From: Diadema antillarum | Lineage: Eukaryota | Assembly: GCF_040938485.1 (NCBI RefSeq) | Contig: NW_027270926.1 | Span: 1,860,001 to 1,924,000 of the forward strand | Direction: 5' to 3' | DNA: 64,000 nt | Part shown: piece by piece, positions 63,063-64,000 of the stretch | Layout: each line of letters starts with the position of its first letter | Position numbering within the stretch: position 1 is the stretch's first letter | Translations under genes and position numbers: made by a program | The notes under the pieces: generated by a model | Seen by the model: only the letters and a program-made list of their open reading frames with translations | The model's database searches: none | Told to the model about the DNA's origin: nothing

Positions 63063-63461
63063 CTTACGTATGGGACATTCAGAGATTTCAAACCTCTGAA
63101 AAGTAATGAAGGAGCACTTGGATTTTACTGTTTATCATCAGGAGGACTGGTAGCCCTGAAAAGACTATTGTGTTTAAGTTTGATGTCATTTTACCTTGGG
63201 TTAATTATTCTATTAAGAAAAATATGGCAACTTACGTATGGGACCAGAGAAAAACTGGATTTTTCAAAATAAAGTTTGAATTGAAAATTCTCTAAAAATA
63301 CTTTACTGATCAAGTTCTGTTTAGAAGTGAAGAAAGGTACATACTGAAGTATCTTTCAGCAAAGTTTCACTGCAAAAGAATGGCGCATATTTTCATGAAG
63401 TTGGTTTAATTAACGAAAGTACACCTTACGTATGGGACATGGCTCAACTTACGTATGGGAC
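63063..63461 (+). repeat. Four dispersed exact copies of CTTACGTATGGGAC
   Basis: At 63063-63076, 63231-63244, 63425-63438 and 63448-63461. Confidence 0.85.
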
Positions 63462-64000
63462 ATTTGTCTTTAGTGCACAAGTGTATTCATGGGAATGACT
63501 TTAAATTTCCCCATAGTGTCATATTCAGTTCCACAAATCGTACTACAACATGTAACAAATGAAATAGACTTCTAAGTGGGTACTTTCCCGGTTCAGATAC
63601 CTAACAAAAGCTAAAATAAGACAAATAAAAGTAATTACCAATTTACAAATAAATGTCTTAGTTTGGATTCCGTCATGCATTAACACTGTCCTCATGATGT
63701 CTACACATACAGATACAGTATACTGACACTCTATTTCTAGCCAATATTTTGTAATACTCTGGTCAGTATTTTTTATCAAATGAAAAAAAAAAATTTGCGA
63801 ATTCTAGCTTGCGACCTTGACGTAGCATACATGCACATGTACCATGACTAATTTGTAGTCTTGATAATTTCGACTGTAAAATAAAATGTCATGTACAGTG
63901 TAATTTGCAAATACAGTTTTGAAGTGGGTACTTTCAGTAGTTCTAGGCTTACCTTGCAAGTTGTCTAAGTTTTTATAGAGCTTTGGAATTGTTTGAAATG

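Overview
AT-rich, intron-rich animal genomic DNA. The repeat repertoire looks like a marine invertebrate, possibly an echinoderm, but that is inference only. Three complete spliced genes were rebuilt by hand with GT-AG junctions and continuous reading frames: PSMA1 (minus, 9 coding exons, 280 aa), MRPS35 (plus, 9 exons, 359 aa) and an SLC35F3/F4-like transporter (plus, 7 exons, 476 aa). A probable first coding exon of a fourth gene lies near 61.4 kb. PSMA1 and MRPS35 are head-to-head with only 378 bp between their ATGs. PSMA1 intron 1 holds an uninterrupted single-ORF APE/RT non-LTR retrotransposon whose N-terminus has a 2A-like motif (DVQMNPGP) followed by two PHD fingers. Two inverted copies of one 8-bp-TSD DNA element bracket the LINE, the shared promoter and both first exons. 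Elsewhere there are two decayed BEL/Pao retrotransposons bounded by very short direct repeats, a Helentron/HINE-like element, several TTAA- and TA-targeting MITEs, microsatellites and a 159-N assembly gap. No tRNA, rRNA or CRISPR features were seen. Most short ORFs in the supplied track are spurious.
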